63,898 nucleotides of DNA from Actinomycetota bacterium (GTDB lineage: Bacteria > Actinomycetota > Actinomycetes > Actinomycetales > Microbacteriaceae). The translations under genes were made by a program, and so were the position numbers. The stretch is from contig WLGB01000001.1 of the NCBI GenBank assembly GCA_009703455.1, positions 1 to 63,898 of the forward strand, in the 5' to 3' direction. Below, in pieces: positions 47,399 through 58,236 of this stretch; the first letter of the stretch is position 1; each line of letters begins with the position of its first letter. The notes under the pieces were generated by a model. The model did not search any database and had not been told where the DNA came from. It was given only the letters and a program-made list of their open reading frames with translations.

Positions 47399-48180
47399 GC
47401 GAGCGTAAGCCACTGATAGCTGGCAACTGGAAGATGAATCTTGATCATCAGCAAGCAATCGCATTGGTTCAGAAGCTCTCCTGGGCTCTTAAGGACGTGA
47501 GCCATGATTTCGACAAAGTAGAGGTTTCGGTCTTCCCGCCGTACACGGATCTGCGAAGTGTGCAGACTCTCATCGAAGCCGACAAGCTTCCCTTGGTTCT
47601 TGGGGCCCAAGATCTTTCAAAGTTTGATTCCGGTGCCTACACCGGAGAAGTGTCAGGGGCCTTTCTAAAAAAGCTTGCCGTCAAATACGTTATTGTAGGC
47701 CATTCGGAGCGCCGTCAGCACCACAATGAGACTGACGAGGACATCCAAGCAAAAGTAGCGGCCTGCTTTAAACACAACCTAGTTCCAGTCATATGTGTTG
47801 GAGAGACTCTGGAAGAGCTGGAGGAGCAGGGTGCGGCTGCTGTGCCGATTAGGCAACTAACTGCGGCTCTAGCGGGACACAAAGAGGTAAATGAGTTTGT
47901 TGTGGCATACGAGCCGGTTTGGGCTATCGGAACAGGGAAAGTAGCCACGTCAGAGCAGGCCGCCGAGGTCGCCAAAAAGCTTAGACAATCAATCAGCGAG
48001 CAAGTCTCGATAGAGGTGTCCTCGGCCACAAGAATTTTGTACGGCGGATCGGTCAAGAGCTCGAATGTAGCGGGATTCCTGGCTTCAGAAGAGGTTGATG
48101 GTGTCTTGGTCGGTGGAGCGAGCCTAGATATCGATGAATTCACCGGTATCTGCCGCTTTCAGAAGCATGTCACCTTATAA
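47395..48180 (+). CDS. tpiA: Triosephosphate isomerase
   Basis: AGNWKMN, GHSERR, AYEPVWAIGTG, LVGGASL. Confidence 0.99.
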   Translation: MSERKPLIAGNWKMNLDHQQAIALVQKLSWALKDVSHDFDKVEVSVFPPYTDLRSVQTLIEADKLPLVLGAQDLSKFDSGAYTGEVSGAFLKKLAVKYVIVGHSERRQHHNETDEDIQAKVAACFKHNLVPVICVGETLEELEEQGAAAVPIRQLTAALAGHKEVNEFVVAYEPVWAIGTGKVATSEQAAEVAKKLRQSISEQVSIEVSSATRILYGGSVKSSNVAGFLASEEVDGVLVGGASLDIDEFTGICRFQKHVTL

Positions 48181-48181
48181 T
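48176..48181 (+). promoter_or_regulatory. Consensus -10 box (TATAAT) upstream of secG-rbpA
   Basis: Perfect TATAAT overlapping the tpiA stop codon, about 30 nt before the secG ATG. Confidence 0.55.
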
Positions 48182-48213
48182 CGTCTAGTACCAAAAACAG
48201 AACAGGTAAAATA

Positions 48214-48459
48214 ATGGCAGCTATTCAAATCGCCCTGCAGGTGCTTCTTGCTATCACTAGCTTGTTGCTGATACTGATGATCCTTCTGCACAAAGGGCGC
48301 GGTGGTGGGCTTTCTGACATGTTTGGAGGCGGTGTCACTTCGACCATGGCCTCCTCTGGTGTTGCTGAGCGAAACTTGAACCGAATCACCATAATCTTGG
48401 GACTTGTCTGGATCTCAACAATTATCGGACTTGGCCTTTTCACAAGATTTGGATTCTAG
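48214..48459 (+). CDS. secG: Preprotein translocase subunit SecG
   Basis: LLHKGRGGGLSDMFGGG and ERNLNRIT; two TM helices. Confidence 0.96.
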   Translation: MAAIQIALQVLLAITSLLLILMILLHKGRGGGLSDMFGGGVTSTMASSGVAERNLNRITIILGLVWISTIIGLGLFTRFGF

Positions 48460-48468
48460 GGGACTACA

Positions 48469-49164
48469 TTGGCTAGCGGTGGTTCAGCAATCAGGGGGTC
48501 TCGCGTCGGTGCCGGGCCTATGGGCGAGCAGTACCGAGGCTTCAAATCCGAGCGGGTACAGCGCAGCTACTACTGTATAAACGGTCACGTCCAAGAGCCG
48601 ATGTTCGCAGCCCACATCGACCCGAGTGAAATTCCCGTGATGATTGATTGCCCAAACTGCGGAATGCCGGCCGGGCAAGACAAGAAGGCTCCTCCCGAAA
48701 TTGCTAAGCACGAGCCGTACAAGACACATCTGGCTTATGTCAAGGAAAGACGAACTGCAGATGAAGCCAAGGCTTTGCTAGACGAAGCACTTACCTCAAT
48801 TAGGGACAGGCGGACCAAACTAGCTCAAGAAGCGACCAAGCAAGCCAAGCTCGCTGTTGCTAAGACTGCGGCCGCAAAGATCGCTGCAGCAAAAGCCGCA
48901 GCCGCCAGGGCTGTAAAGCCCGCGAAGGTGTCGAAAATAGTTCAGAAGCCAGTCGTGAAAAAGGCGGCAACGCTAAAAGCTGCAAAGCCGGCCGCGAAGA
49001 AATCATCTAAGACTGTGGCAAAGCCATTGACCAAAAAGGTCATCAAAAAAGGGTCAAAGTCTCCCGCAAAGCCCGTTGCAAAGGCCACAAACAAAAAGAC
49101 GGTCGTCAAGAAAACCGCAAAGCTAGCAACCAAGAAGGTCACCAAAAAGGTTTCTAAAAAGTAG
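48469..49164 (+). CDS. rbpA: RbpA-family RNA polymerase-binding protein with a long Lys/Ala-rich C-terminal extension
   Basis: AIRGSRVGA N-terminus, C36/H40/C61/C64, YKTHLAYVKERR...LLDEAL sigma-interaction helix, secG-adjacent position. Residues ~116-231 are a basic low-complexity tail. Confidence 0.9.
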   Translation: MASGGSAIRGSRVGAGPMGEQYRGFKSERVQRSYYCINGHVQEPMFAAHIDPSEIPVMIDCPNCGMPAGQDKKAPPEIAKHEPYKTHLAYVKERRTADEAKALLDEALTSIRDRRTKLAQEATKQAKLAVAKTAAAKIAAAKAAAARAVKPAKVSKIVQKPVVKKAATLKAAKPAAKKSSKTVAKPLTKKVIKKGSKSPAKPVAKATNKKTVVKKTAKLATKKVTKKVSKK

Positions 49165-49861
49165 TCTCCGAGGCTGCTGCCTGATCCAGGTACCACTTAG
49201 TTATTTTTTGGCCCGAAACTTTCGCAGCAGGTAGATCTTCTCCCGCAAATACGCGCTTAACAGCCTGTGCTTTGTCGGCGCCCGCGACTAAGAACCAAAC
49301 CTCTGATGCGCTGCACAGTGCCTTGTAGCTTAGAGAGATTCTGTCCTTTGGTGGTTTAGGGGAGCGGTCCTGCGCGATTACCCAATCTCCAAAGGAGTGT
49401 CCTTCCAGTTCCGGAAAAAGTGACGCAACGTGAGCGTCGGCCCCCATACCCAGAAGAACTATGTCAAACAAAGGAGCAACCAACTCAATCTCATTAGCAA
49501 ACTGCGCTGCGGCTTGATCTAGACTCAGAGTTTCTGAAGAAGGCATTTGGTGAAGGTTTTCCTTCGGAATCGTGAGTCTTGAAAGAAGGAGTTTCTCAGC
49601 CTGTACAAAATTTCTGTCTTGGCTATCCTTTTGGACGAATCTCTCATCTCCCCACCACAATTGAAGTTTTGATAAATCAACTTTTACAAGCTCGGCGGAA
49701 AGGGCTTCCAACATCAAGTTTCCAACTGTCCCGCCTGTAAGGACGAGGTTTACCTCGTCTTGTCTTGCCAGGTAATCCTTCAGGCTCTCAGAGAGGTCCA
49801 TTGCGGCCGTGGTCGCCAGTAGCCCCGAGGATGCAAAACCTGTTCTTATGTCGAGATTCAT
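49154..49861 (-). CDS. pgl: 6-phosphogluconolactonase
   Basis: LTGGT, WGDERFV, LGMGADAHVASLFP, SPKPPxxRIS. Confidence 0.95.
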   Translation of the reverse strand: MNLDIRTGFASSGLLATTAAMDLSESLKDYLARQDEVNLVLTGGTVGNLMLEALSAELVKVDLSKLQLWWGDERFVQKDSQDRNFVQAEKLLLSRLTIPKENLHQMPSSETLSLDQAAAQFANEIELVAPLFDIVLLGMGADAHVASLFPELEGHSFGDWVIAQDRSPKPPKDRISLSYKALCSASEVWFLVAGADKAQAVKRVFAGEDLPAAKVSGQKITKWYLDQAAASETTF

Positions 49862-50793
49862 TCCATGTCCTGATTTAGAAGTTCAAGGCCCTCGACAACT
49901 ACTTTTTCGAAAGCCAAATCGGGATCCAAACGTCTCAAGTCCTCCGCGAGGCAATCTCGCAAGGAGCGGACAGGCAAAGACAACTCCTTTGGTGGTTGGT
50001 TGGTTTGTGACAAGACGGCGATGTCAGATTGATCTCGAAGAACCTCAATTGCACTATCCGCACGGTGAAGTCGGACAAGGTAAACCGCCTTTACCCCAAG
50101 GCTGTCAGGACGATGTTTCGTGCTGACTTCGCATTTGAGCTGCAATCGCAGCCACGCCGCCAACAGCACGACGCTTGGATTTGCCAAGTCGCCAATCAAT
50201 TCGACAGATGTGACCGGCTCGTAGGGCGGTTGATCAAGTATTGCAGCTAGTTGGGCCCTCCAGAGAGTGAGCCGCGTCCAAGCGAAATCGCTGTCCCCGG
50301 GGGCGTATGACTTTGCCAAGGCACCAAGGAAGGCTGTTGGATTCGCCTGACTCGCTGCGTCAGTAATTCTTCTTGTTGCAATCTTTCCGATAGGTGACTG
50401 CGATAACACAGTCGGAGCACTACCTGGCCACCAAGCAACAACGGGGGCATCAGGCAACAGTAGACCCATCACGAGCGACTGCGGATATCCCGCTGCCGCA
50501 CCATAGGGCTTAAGGATTATGACCTCCGATGCTCCGGCATCGCCTCCTACGCGAATTTCAGCATCCAGCCTCGCCTCGGCTTGCTGAGGTGAATCGATGA
50601 GCACAATGATTCTGGAGGGATGCTCTCGAGAGGCGCCGTTTGCAGCATCAATTGCGCGTTCGGCATTTTCAGGATCTGTCTGAATCACCAATGTCAAAAC
50701 GCGACCAAGCGCTACAGCCCCTCCTTGCTCACGAAGTTGTATTAGGGACCTGGAAATCTTACTGACAGTAGTGTTTGAGATCTCAACGATCAT
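49858..50793 (-). CDS. opcA: Glucose-6-phosphate dehydrogenase assembly protein OpcA
   Basis: GRVLTLV, ASREHPSR, LLLPDAPVVAWWP, DFAWTRLTLWR; located between zwf and pgl. Confidence 0.95.
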   Translation of the reverse strand: MIVEISNTTVSKISRSLIQLREQGGAVALGRVLTLVIQTDPENAERAIDAANGASREHPSRIIVLIDSPQQAEARLDAEIRVGGDAGASEVIILKPYGAAAGYPQSLVMGLLLPDAPVVAWWPGSAPTVLSQSPIGKIATRRITDAASQANPTAFLGALAKSYAPGDSDFAWTRLTLWRAQLAAILDQPPYEPVTSVELIGDLANPSVVLLAAWLRLQLKCEVSTKHRPDSLGVKAVYLVRLHRADSAIEVLRDQSDIAVLSQTNQPPKELSLPVRSLRDCLAEDLRRLDPDLAFEKVVVEGLELLNQDME

Positions 50794-52325
50794 GGACGTC
50801 TCCAGCTTCTACCATCAATTTCCATCATGGCTTCCGCAGATTTGGGTCCCCAAGAGCCGGGCAGATAGCTATCTGGCCTACCGCTGTCTGCCCAGTATTG
50901 CTCAATGGGATCGAGGATCTTCCAAGAAAGCTCGACTTCTTCGTGGCGGGGAAAAAGTGGCGGATCCCCTAGCAATACATCCAGTATCAGTCTTTCATAG
51001 GCTTCAGGAGAGTCCTCAGTAAACGAGTGGCCATAGCCAAAGTCCATCGTCACGTCGCGAACTTGCATACCTGGACCTGGAACTTTGGATCCGAATCTTA
51101 TGGTTATACCCTCGTCGGGCTGAACGCGAATCACGATCGCATTAGGGCCAAGGGTTGAGGTCTGGCGATGATCGAAAAGTTGTTGCGGGGCATCTTTCAG
51201 AACCACTGCAATTTCTGTCACTCGTCGGCCGAGGCGCTTGCCAGCGCGAAGATAAAATGGGACACCGCTCCAGCGTGGAGAGTCAACATCCAGACGTAGC
51301 GCAGCATAGGTTTCGGTGACGGATTCTTTACTAATGCCGTCCTCATCGAGATAGCCGGTGACCTGCTCGCCGCCTTGCCAGCCGCCAAGATACTGCCCTC
51401 GGGCAGTATGTCTTGCTAGATCTGCCGGGATTCTGACAGCGGCTAAAACCTTCTCCTTCTCTGCACGAAGATCGCTGGCGGCGAAAGTAGTGGGCTCTTC
51501 CATGGCCGTAAGCGCCAGAAGTTGCAGTAGGTGATTTTGAATCACATCACGAGCAGCGCCTATGCCGTCGTAGTAGCCTGCACGACCCCCAACACCAATG
51601 TCCTCGGCCATCGTAATCTGGACGTGATCGATATAGTTCGCATTCCAAATTGGTTCGTATAACTGATTTGCAAATCGCAACGCAAGAATATTCTGAACCG
51701 TCTCCTTACCTAAGTAGTGATCTATGCGGAAGACGGAGTCTTGGGGGAAGACTTTGCCAACAGCCCTATTCAGTTCACGAGCTGTTTCAAGATTGGAACC
51801 AAAGGGTTTTTCAATAACCACTCGACGGAAAGTGTTGGGTTTACCATCGGCCAACCCGGATCGAGAAAGCTGCTTGGTCACTAGAGGGAAGGATTTTGGC
51901 GGTATGGCAAGATAAAAAGCGTGATTGCCATTGGTGCCACGTTGGGTGTCTAATAGCTCAATGGTTTCTCTTAATCTGTCAAAGGCGGCATCGTCATCAA
52001 AATCACCCGCAACAAATCTAATTCCACTGGCTAGTTGATTCCAAACATCCTCTGACCATGGAGTTCGGGCATATTCACGAACGGAATCATGTACAACATT
52101 TTCAAAGTCTTGATCCTTCCACTCTCTTCGAGCAAAACCAACTAGCCCAAAACCTGGCGGGAGCAGGCCTCTGTTGGCTAGATCGTAGACCGCAGGCATG
52201 AGTTTCTTGCGGGACAGGTCTCCAGTGACACCAAATATGACCAGCCCCGAGGGACCAGCTATACGATTCAAGCGATTATCGTCTGGATCCCGAAGTGGAT
52301 TTTTGAATGTCTCTGATTTAGACAT
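50790..52325 (-). CDS. zwf: Glucose-6-phosphate 1-dehydrogenase
   Basis: FGVTGDLSRKK, IEKPFG, RIDHYLGKE, DVIQNHLLQ. Confidence 0.99.
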   Translation of the reverse strand: MSKSETFKNPLRDPDDNRLNRIAGPSGLVIFGVTGDLSRKKLMPAVYDLANRGLLPPGFGLVGFARREWKDQDFENVVHDSVREYARTPWSEDVWNQLASGIRFVAGDFDDDAAFDRLRETIELLDTQRGTNGNHAFYLAIPPKSFPLVTKQLSRSGLADGKPNTFRRVVIEKPFGSNLETARELNRAVGKVFPQDSVFRIDHYLGKETVQNILALRFANQLYEPIWNANYIDHVQITMAEDIGVGGRAGYYDGIGAARDVIQNHLLQLLALTAMEEPTTFAASDLRAEKEKVLAAVRIPADLARHTARGQYLGGWQGGEQVTGYLDEDGISKESVTETYAALRLDVDSPRWSGVPFYLRAGKRLGRRVTEIAVVLKDAPQQLFDHRQTSTLGPNAIVIRVQPDEGITIRFGSKVPGPGMQVRDVTMDFGYGHSFTEDSPEAYERLILDVLLGDPPLFPRHEEVELSWKILDPIEQYWADSGRPDSYLPGSWGPKSAEAMMEIDGRSWRRP

Positions 52326-52327
52326 CT

Positions 52328-53920
52328 CTAAGCCAGCATATCAATCAAACGTTTTAGGCCAGGTTTAGGGTCCTGCAGCTTCAGAATCAATACAGGGGAG
52401 CCTTTTTCACCGAGAACCCTGGCATCACCGCTGGATTGAGAATCAATCAATTGGCGATAACCAAAACGGCGCCCCGGGATTGAGAGGTCATCTTGAGCTC
52501 CTGAGACAATTTGGAGAAACACTCCTTGGTTTGGCCCTCCTTTGTGATATTGCCCGGTTGAGTGCAAGAATCTTGGTCCCCATCCAAAAGTAGTTGGTCT
52601 GCCAGTTTTCAGTTGAAGAAGACTTTGCAGTTCTGCGGCTTCGGGCAGAGTATGTCGATTTAGGTAGCACTGTATCGAGAAGTAGCTATCTGCCTTGGCA
52701 AGTGAAATTAGCTGATGAAGGCTGCTTGATAAATCGCTCCCTGTCAGCTCGAATCCCTCAGAGTCAATATCAATTCCTTGGTCCTTAATCGAGAATTGTC
52801 TTGAGTCGGAGGGGGACTCTAGTAAAGCACGCGCGGCAAGTTTTGCTGATTCAACATCCGGTTGGTCAAATGGGTTTACTCCAAGAAGTCTCGACGCCAC
52901 AACGGTCGCCACTTCCCAGAGAATTATCTGCGCACCTAGCTCACCAGAAATAGAAACCTCAAAATTTGAATCTGTTGCATCATTGGCAAGCTCCACAATC
53001 AGCACATCATCCATGGATTGGCTTGCTTGTACTGAGTTGCTGTCTAGAATCACTGGTAACACACCACGTTCCAATTTTCCAGTTGACTCAGCTATCAATT
53101 GCTCCACCCAGTCCCCAAAACCAACAATTGGGGTGCCGTTCGAAAAGATGCCAAGTTTGTCCTTGGCACCAGAATGTGATCTTGATTTGGCCATTGCCGC
53201 ACCAAGTAACAGGCCCGGGTTCGTTTCGTTGTCTATGCTAAGAATCTTTGAAGCTGCGACTGCGCTGTCGAGAATTTCGGTCATATCAGCACCTGCAAGA
53301 ATCGAGGGCACCACTCCAAAGGCCGTGAGAGCTGAGTAGCGCCCTCCCACCATCGGGTTCGCTAGGAACACTCGGTATCCATCCTGGATTGCCTGTTTGT
53401 GCATTGGAGAATCTGGATCGGTGACAATAAAGATCCGATCGGTTGGTGCAATGTCCGACTCGAGAAACGCTTGCTCGAAGTTTCTTTTCTGCGAATCCGT
53501 TTCAACGGTGGAACCTGACTTCGATGACACTACGACGACTGTCTTTGCAAGGTCTTTACTCAGCGCTAGCTGCACCTGAGCGGGGTCCGTTGAGTCCAAG
53601 ACCACCAAATCTAAACCGAGAGTTCTGCTTATAACCTCAGGAGCTAGCGATGATCCGCCCATGCCGCAGAGGACAACGCGAGACAAACCTTGGCTCACTA
53701 GTTGGGCTCTAAGATCAGTGACTTCGGCCACCAGCTTCAAAGACTCTTCTGCCGCTGCTACCCAACCCAACCTGATTGCTGCCTCGGACTCGGCGTCTGT
53801 TCCCCATAATGTCGGGTCTATTGAAAAGAGTCTGGATGCCACTTTATCTTTGACTAAAGACTCGATGTTCTGCTTCGCTGCAATGGCGGCTGCACCCGAG
53901 AGCACCACCTGAAGTGTCAT
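52328..53920 (-). CDS. pgi: Glucose-6-phosphate isomerase (type related to the PGI half of Tal-Pgi fusions)
   Basis: [44 protein letters not shown]. Confidence 0.92.
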   Translation of the reverse strand: MTLQVVLSGAAAIAAKQNIESLVKDKVASRLFSIDPTLWGTDAESEAAIRLGWVAAAEESLKLVAEVTDLRAQLVSQGLSRVVLCGMGGSSLAPEVISRTLGLDLVVLDSTDPAQVQLALSKDLAKTVVVVSSKSGSTVETDSQKRNFEQAFLESDIAPTDRIFIVTDPDSPMHKQAIQDGYRVFLANPMVGGRYSALTAFGVVPSILAGADMTEILDSAVAASKILSIDNETNPGLLLGAAMAKSRSHSGAKDKLGIFSNGTPIVGFGDWVEQLIAESTGKLERGVLPVILDSNSVQASQSMDDVLIVELANDATDSNFEVSISGELGAQIILWEVATVVASRLLGVNPFDQPDVESAKLAARALLESPSDSRQFSIKDQGIDIDSEGFELTGSDLSSSLHQLISLAKADSYFSIQCYLNRHTLPEAAELQSLLQLKTGRPTTFGWGPRFLHSTGQYHKGGPNQGVFLQIVSGAQDDLSIPGRRFGYRQLIDSQSSGDARVLGEKGSPVLILKLQDPKPGLKRLIDMLA

Positions 53921-55023
53921 CTATTGCCTTGAAGAGCATTTGATACGGTTGCTACAAGTTCATTCCAAGAAGTCACAAACTTGTCGATGCCTTCTTGCTC
54001 CAACAGGTTAACAACTTCTTGATAGGAGATGCCAAGCGCTTCGATTTCAGCAAGAATCGACTTCGCCAACTCATAGTTTCTTGAGATCGTATCACCGTCA
54101 ATCACGCCATGGTCAAACACCGCTTCCATGGTTTTTTCGGGCATAGTGTTCACGACGTGAGGAGCCACAAGCTCAGTCACGTACAAAGTGTCAGGGAGTG
54201 ACGGGTCTTTGACTCCAGTCGAAGCCATTAGAGGTCTTTGAGCTTGGGCTCCAGCTGCTGCAAGTGCCGTCCAGTCAGATTTGCTGAATTCTGTTTCAAA
54301 CAGCTGGTATGCAAGCCGTGCATTAGCAAGCGCGGCTTTGGATTTAAGGGCCGTAGCTTTTTCGCCGCCGATGGCATCTAGTCTTTTATCAATTTCAGAA
54401 TCTACGCGCGAAACAAAAAACGATGCAACCGAATGAATCTTGTGTAAATCGTGACCGTTGGCCTGAGCTTGACGAACCCCTTCCATAAATGCCTCTATAA
54501 CTAATTTGTAGCGGTCTAGGGAGAAAATCAAAGTCACGTTTACTGAGATCCCGGAGGCAATCACCGCAGTGATCGCTGCAAGACCTGGAATAGTGGCGGG
54601 TATTTTTATCATCACGTTTTCGCGGCCCACGGCCTGGAAAAGCGCCTTTGCCTGCGCAACGGTTTTATCTGTATCAAGAGCAAAGCTAGGCTCGACTTCT
54701 ATTGATACCCTGCCATCTACTCCTGAGGTCGCGCTATATACCTCTTTGAAAACATCGCATGCCGCCCTAACATCGTCTGTAGTGGCTTCAAAGATGGCCT
54801 CATCAGCACTTGCACCTCGAGCTGCAAGGCTAGCCAACTGTTTTGCGTAGGCCGCTCCATTGGAAAAAGCTCCCGCAAAAATTGTGGGATTAGTAGTGAC
54901 TCCTGAAACTGCTCTAGTTGAGATGAGTTCCAGCAACGAGCCAGATTCCAGGCGCTCCCTCGATAAATCATCCAACCAGATGCTCACGCCGGCTTCTTTT
55001 AGCTTGTTTAGCGGAGAAGTCAT
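53917..55023 (-). CDS. tal: Transaldolase
   Basis: [34 protein letters not shown]. Confidence 0.98.
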   Translation of the reverse strand: MTSPLNKLKEAGVSIWLDDLSRERLESGSLLELISTRAVSGVTTNPTIFAGAFSNGAAYAKQLASLAARGASADEAIFEATTDDVRAACDVFKEVYSATSGVDGRVSIEVEPSFALDTDKTVAQAKALFQAVGRENVMIKIPATIPGLAAITAVIASGISVNVTLIFSLDRYKLVIEAFMEGVRQAQANGHDLHKIHSVASFFVSRVDSEIDKRLDAIGGEKATALKSKAALANARLAYQLFETEFSKSDWTALAAAGAQAQRPLMASTGVKDPSLPDTLYVTELVAPHVVNTMPEKTMEAVFDHGVIDGDTISRNYELAKSILAEIEALGISYQEVVNLLEQEGIDKFVTSWNELVATVSNALQGNR

Positions 55024-55025
55024 TG

Positions 55026-57113
55026 CTATCCCTTCAGAAGTGCGTTGGCCGCCTGGACCACGGCGTTGGTCGTCATGCCGAATTTTGCAAACAGAGTCTT
55101 GTAATCCGCCGATGCCCCAAAGTGTTCGATTGAAACGCTCGAACCATCCGCGACGTACTTTGCCCAGCCAAGAGCTAATCCCGCCTCCACTGAAACGCGA
55201 TTTCTGATACTGCTTGGTAAGACAGCCTCGCGGTATGAAGCCGGTTGCTCTTCAAACCACTCAAGACATGGAGCCGAGACCACACGAGTGGGGATGCCGT
55301 TTGCTTCAAGCTCCAATCTGGCCGCTACCGCTAACTGCACTTCCGAACCGGTGGCTATCAGAATCAGTTGTGGTGATCCACTGGATGCCTCTGCTAGAAC
55401 GTAAGCACCATTCTCGGCCTCTGCTGCAGAGGCGTATGTAACCCCTGTCGAGTCAGCTTGCAATCGATCGAACACTGGGATGTTCTGCCTGGTTAGTGCG
55501 ATTCCAGCGGGTCCAAGACGGCGATCCAAGATCTTCTTCCAGCAGTGTGCGACCTCGTTAGCGTCTGCTGGTCTGACTACATCTAGCCCAGGAATTGCTC
55601 GCAATGTTGCTAATTGCTCAATCGGCTGGTGAGTTGGCCCATCTTCCCCAAGCGCAACCGAGTCGTGGGTCCAAACAAAAATGGATGGCACCTTCATCAA
55701 TGCCGCAAGGCGAATAGCTGGCCTCATGTAGTCGCTGAATATTAAGAAGGTTCCACCGTACGATCTTGTCTTGCCGTGTAGAGCAATTCCATTGAGAATG
55801 GCCCCCATTGCGTGCTCGCGAATTCCAAAGTGCAGCACACGTCCATAACGATCAGCGGTCCACTCATTGGTTGAATGTTCTGACGGGGCAAAGGACTTAG
55901 CACCAGTGATTGTGGTGTTATTGGATTCGGCCAGGTCGGCCGACCCGCCCCAAAGTTCCGGCATAATCTTTGCGATTTCGTTCAGGACTTTTCCAGAGGC
56001 CGCTCTAGTAGACACTTCAGTCCCAAATTCGAACTGGGGAAGTGCTGACAGTAAATCGGCTGGAGCTTTTCCATTTTCTAGGCGATCGAATAGTTGTTTC
56101 GCTGTTGGGTTTGCCTTGGCCCAGGAATCGAAAGATTTCTCCCAAACGGATTTCTCTTCTTGGCCTCGAACCACTACCGCCCTGGTGTAATCCAAAACTT
56201 CAGGTGCGACTACGAAGCTGTGGGCTGGGTCGAACCCCAAGGCCTGCTTTAGACCAACCAGTTCCGCTTCACCGAGAGCTGACCCGTGGATTTTTCCTGT
56301 GTTTTGCTTATTTGGAGATGGGTATCCAATAATGGTGCGGATTGTAATCAACGACGGCTTGTCGGTCACAACTTTTGCCGTCTGAATTGCCTCGTATAAC
56401 TCTCGAACATCCTCGATGTAGCTTCCGGTCTTTTTCCAGTCAACAACCTGAACGTGCCATCCGTAGGCGCGGTAACGGTCCTCTAGGTTTTCGGTGAAGG
56501 CAATCTTGGTGTCGTGCTCAATTGAAATCTGGTTCGAGTCATACAGCACAATTAGATTTCCGAGCTGTTGATGGCCCGCTAGCGAAGATGCTTCGGCAGT
56601 AATGCCTTCCTGCATGTCCCCATCGCCTGCGATGCAGAAGATGAAGTGATCAAATGGGCTTTGGCCCTGGGGTGAGCTAGGGTCAAAAAGTCCCCTTTCA
56701 AACCTGGCTGCGTATGCGAACCCAACCGCGGAGGCTAGCCCTTGCCCTAGAGGCCCAGTGGTTATCTCAACACCCTTGGTGTGACCGTACTCTGGGTGGC
56801 CAGGAGTCAGCGAGTCCCAAGTGCGAAGTGCCTTGAGATCTTCGAGTTCTAGTCCGTAGCCTGCAAGAAACAACTGGTTGTAAAGCGTAATCGATGAGTG
56901 ACCAACACTGAGAATGAATCGATCTCGCCCTATCCAGTTCGGATTCTCCGGGTCGTGACGCATTACCTTCTGAAACAATAGGTGTGCCACCGGAGCCAGG
57001 CTAATTGCCGTGCCTGGGTGGCCATTTCCAACTTTCTCAACTGCATCCGCGGCCAATACACGGGCAGTGTCTACCGCCTGGGTGTCTAGCTCGGTCCAAG
57101 TAAATTCACTCAC
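55026..57113 (-). CDS. tkt: Transketolase
   Basis: [39 protein letters not shown]. Confidence 0.99.
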   Translation of the reverse strand: MSEFTWTELDTQAVDTARVLAADAVEKVGNGHPGTAISLAPVAHLLFQKVMRHDPENPNWIGRDRFILSVGHSSITLYNQLFLAGYGLELEDLKALRTWDSLTPGHPEYGHTKGVEITTGPLGQGLASAVGFAYAARFERGLFDPSSPQGQSPFDHFIFCIAGDGDMQEGITAEASSLAGHQQLGNLIVLYDSNQISIEHDTKIAFTENLEDRYRAYGWHVQVVDWKKTGSYIEDVRELYEAIQTAKVVTDKPSLITIRTIIGYPSPNKQNTGKIHGSALGEAELVGLKQALGFDPAHSFVVAPEVLDYTRAVVVRGQEEKSVWEKSFDSWAKANPTAKQLFDRLENGKAPADLLSALPQFEFGTEVSTRAASGKVLNEIAKIMPELWGGSADLAESNNTTITGAKSFAPSEHSTNEWTADRYGRVLHFGIREHAMGAILNGIALHGKTRSYGGTFLIFSDYMRPAIRLAALMKVPSIFVWTHDSVALGEDGPTHQPIEQLATLRAIPGLDVVRPADANEVAHCWKKILDRRLGPAGIALTRQNIPVFDRLQADSTGVTYASAAEAENGAYVLAEASSGSPQLILIATGSEVQLAVAARLELEANGIPTRVVSAPCLEWFEEQPASYREAVLPSSIRNRVSVEAGLALGWAKYVADGSSVSIEHFGASADYKTLFAKFGMTTNAVVQAANALLKG

Positions 57114-57242
57114 TAGTTTTCTGATTCCTTTTCTTAACGCGGCCCGAGCCTAAAAATTGAGTAGCTGGCCACGCTGCACAGCTAAAAGTGTTGCTGCGGA
57201 ATCCCTGCCAAAGCATTGAAGCCGCTTATAGCTCCCACTTTA
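57114..57242 (-). promoter_or_regulatory. tkt promoter (-10 TAAAGT at 57237-57242) and ~115-nt foldable leader
   Basis: Minus-strand GCGGCTT (57225-57219) pairs with GGGCCGC (57145-57139), with an inner CGCAGC/GCTGTG stem. SD is AAAAGGA. Confidence 0.4.
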
Positions 57243-57309
57243 CACACATTGCCTAAGCCCTATTTAGGACCGGGGCGGTCTAGGAATCAGCTTAGACTTG
57301 AGCTAAACC

Positions 57310-58236
57310 ATGAGCACACAAGCCCCAAATCTAACGCCTGAGCGCAGGAGTTTTGGGCGCAAAGCTAAGGCCTTCTTTGAGCTGACGAAGCCTCGGGTTA
57401 TTGAGCTACTGCTGGTGTCCACTGTGCCCACCATGATATTGGCCCAACGAGGCATTCCGGATATTTGGCTTATGGTGGCCACTATCATTGGCGGGGCCTT
57501 GAGCGCCGGAAGTGCAAACTCCTTCAATTGCTACATCGATGCAGACATCGACAAGATTATGGGTCGAACCAAAGCAAGACCGCTTGCAACAGGGGAGCTC
57601 ACCAAGACAGAGGCCTACGTTTTTGCATGGGGACTTGGAGTGCTGTCGGTAGTCTGGCTAGCCGTTTTGGTGAACCTCCTGGCTGCGGCTCTATCTCTGG
57701 CAGCAATATTGTTTTACGTCTTTATCTACACGCTGCTACTAAAGCGTCGCACTCCGCAGAACATTGTCTGGGGTGGAGCCGCAGGCTCAATGCCAGTTCT
57801 AATTGGCTGGGCGGCGGTGACCGGGGAACTGTCGGCTGCTGCTTGGATTCTGTTTCTAATAATCTTTCTTTGGACCCCTCCGCACTACTGGCCGCTGTCA
57901 CTTCGGTACAAGGAGGACTACGCGAAGGCCGGAGTTCCGATGCTCCCGGTGGTGAGAAACAACAGGACCGTTGGGGTTCAGATTATTCTGTACGCCTGGG
58001 CTCTCGTGACGTCCACACTACTACTGATTCCAATAGCCTCCATGGGACTGATCTACTCATTAACTGCAATCGCTGCAGGAATCTGGTTCATTTCGGAGTC
58101 GTATCGTCTCTATCGACAGTCACTCTCGAGCGAGATAAAGAGCCCAATGAGACTTTTTCATGGTTCAATCAGTTACCTAACGGTGCTGTTTGTGGCAATC
58201 GCAATTGACCCACTACTTTATTTTAATTTCCTCTAA
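57310..58236 (+). CDS. ctaB: Protoheme IX farnesyltransferase (heme O synthase)
   Basis: LTKPRVIELLL, NCYIDADID, RTKARPL, WTPPHYW, DYAKAGVPMLP. Confidence 0.97.
   Translation: MSTQAPNLTPERRSFGRKAKAFFELTKPRVIELLLVSTVPTMILAQRGIPDIWLMVATIIGGALSAGSANSFNCYIDADIDKIMGRTKARPLATGELTKTEAYVFAWGLGVLSVVWLAVLVNLLAAALSLAAILFYVFIYTLLLKRRTPQNIVWGGAAGSMPVLIGWAAVTGELSAAAWILFLIIFLWTPPHYWPLSLRYKEDYAKAGVPMLPVVRNNRTVGVQIILYAWALVTSTLLLIPIASMGLIYSLTAIAAGIWFISESYRLYRQSLSSEIKSPMRLFHGSISYLTVLFVAIAIDPLLYFNFL

Noticed and set aside
48814-49164. RbpA tail as a DNA tandem repeat or CRISPR-like array
   Set aside because: The repetition is only at the amino-acid level. There are no exact nucleotide repeats with regular spacing.
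52328-55023. tal and pgi as a frameshifted Tal-Pgi fusion
   Set aside because: Both ORFs are complete and joined by a normal ATGA stop/start overlap.
57465-58208. 247-aa alternative-frame ORF inside ctaB
   Set aside because: It is fully nested in a conserved gene, has no recognisable motif or SD, and its composition is typical of a shadow frame.
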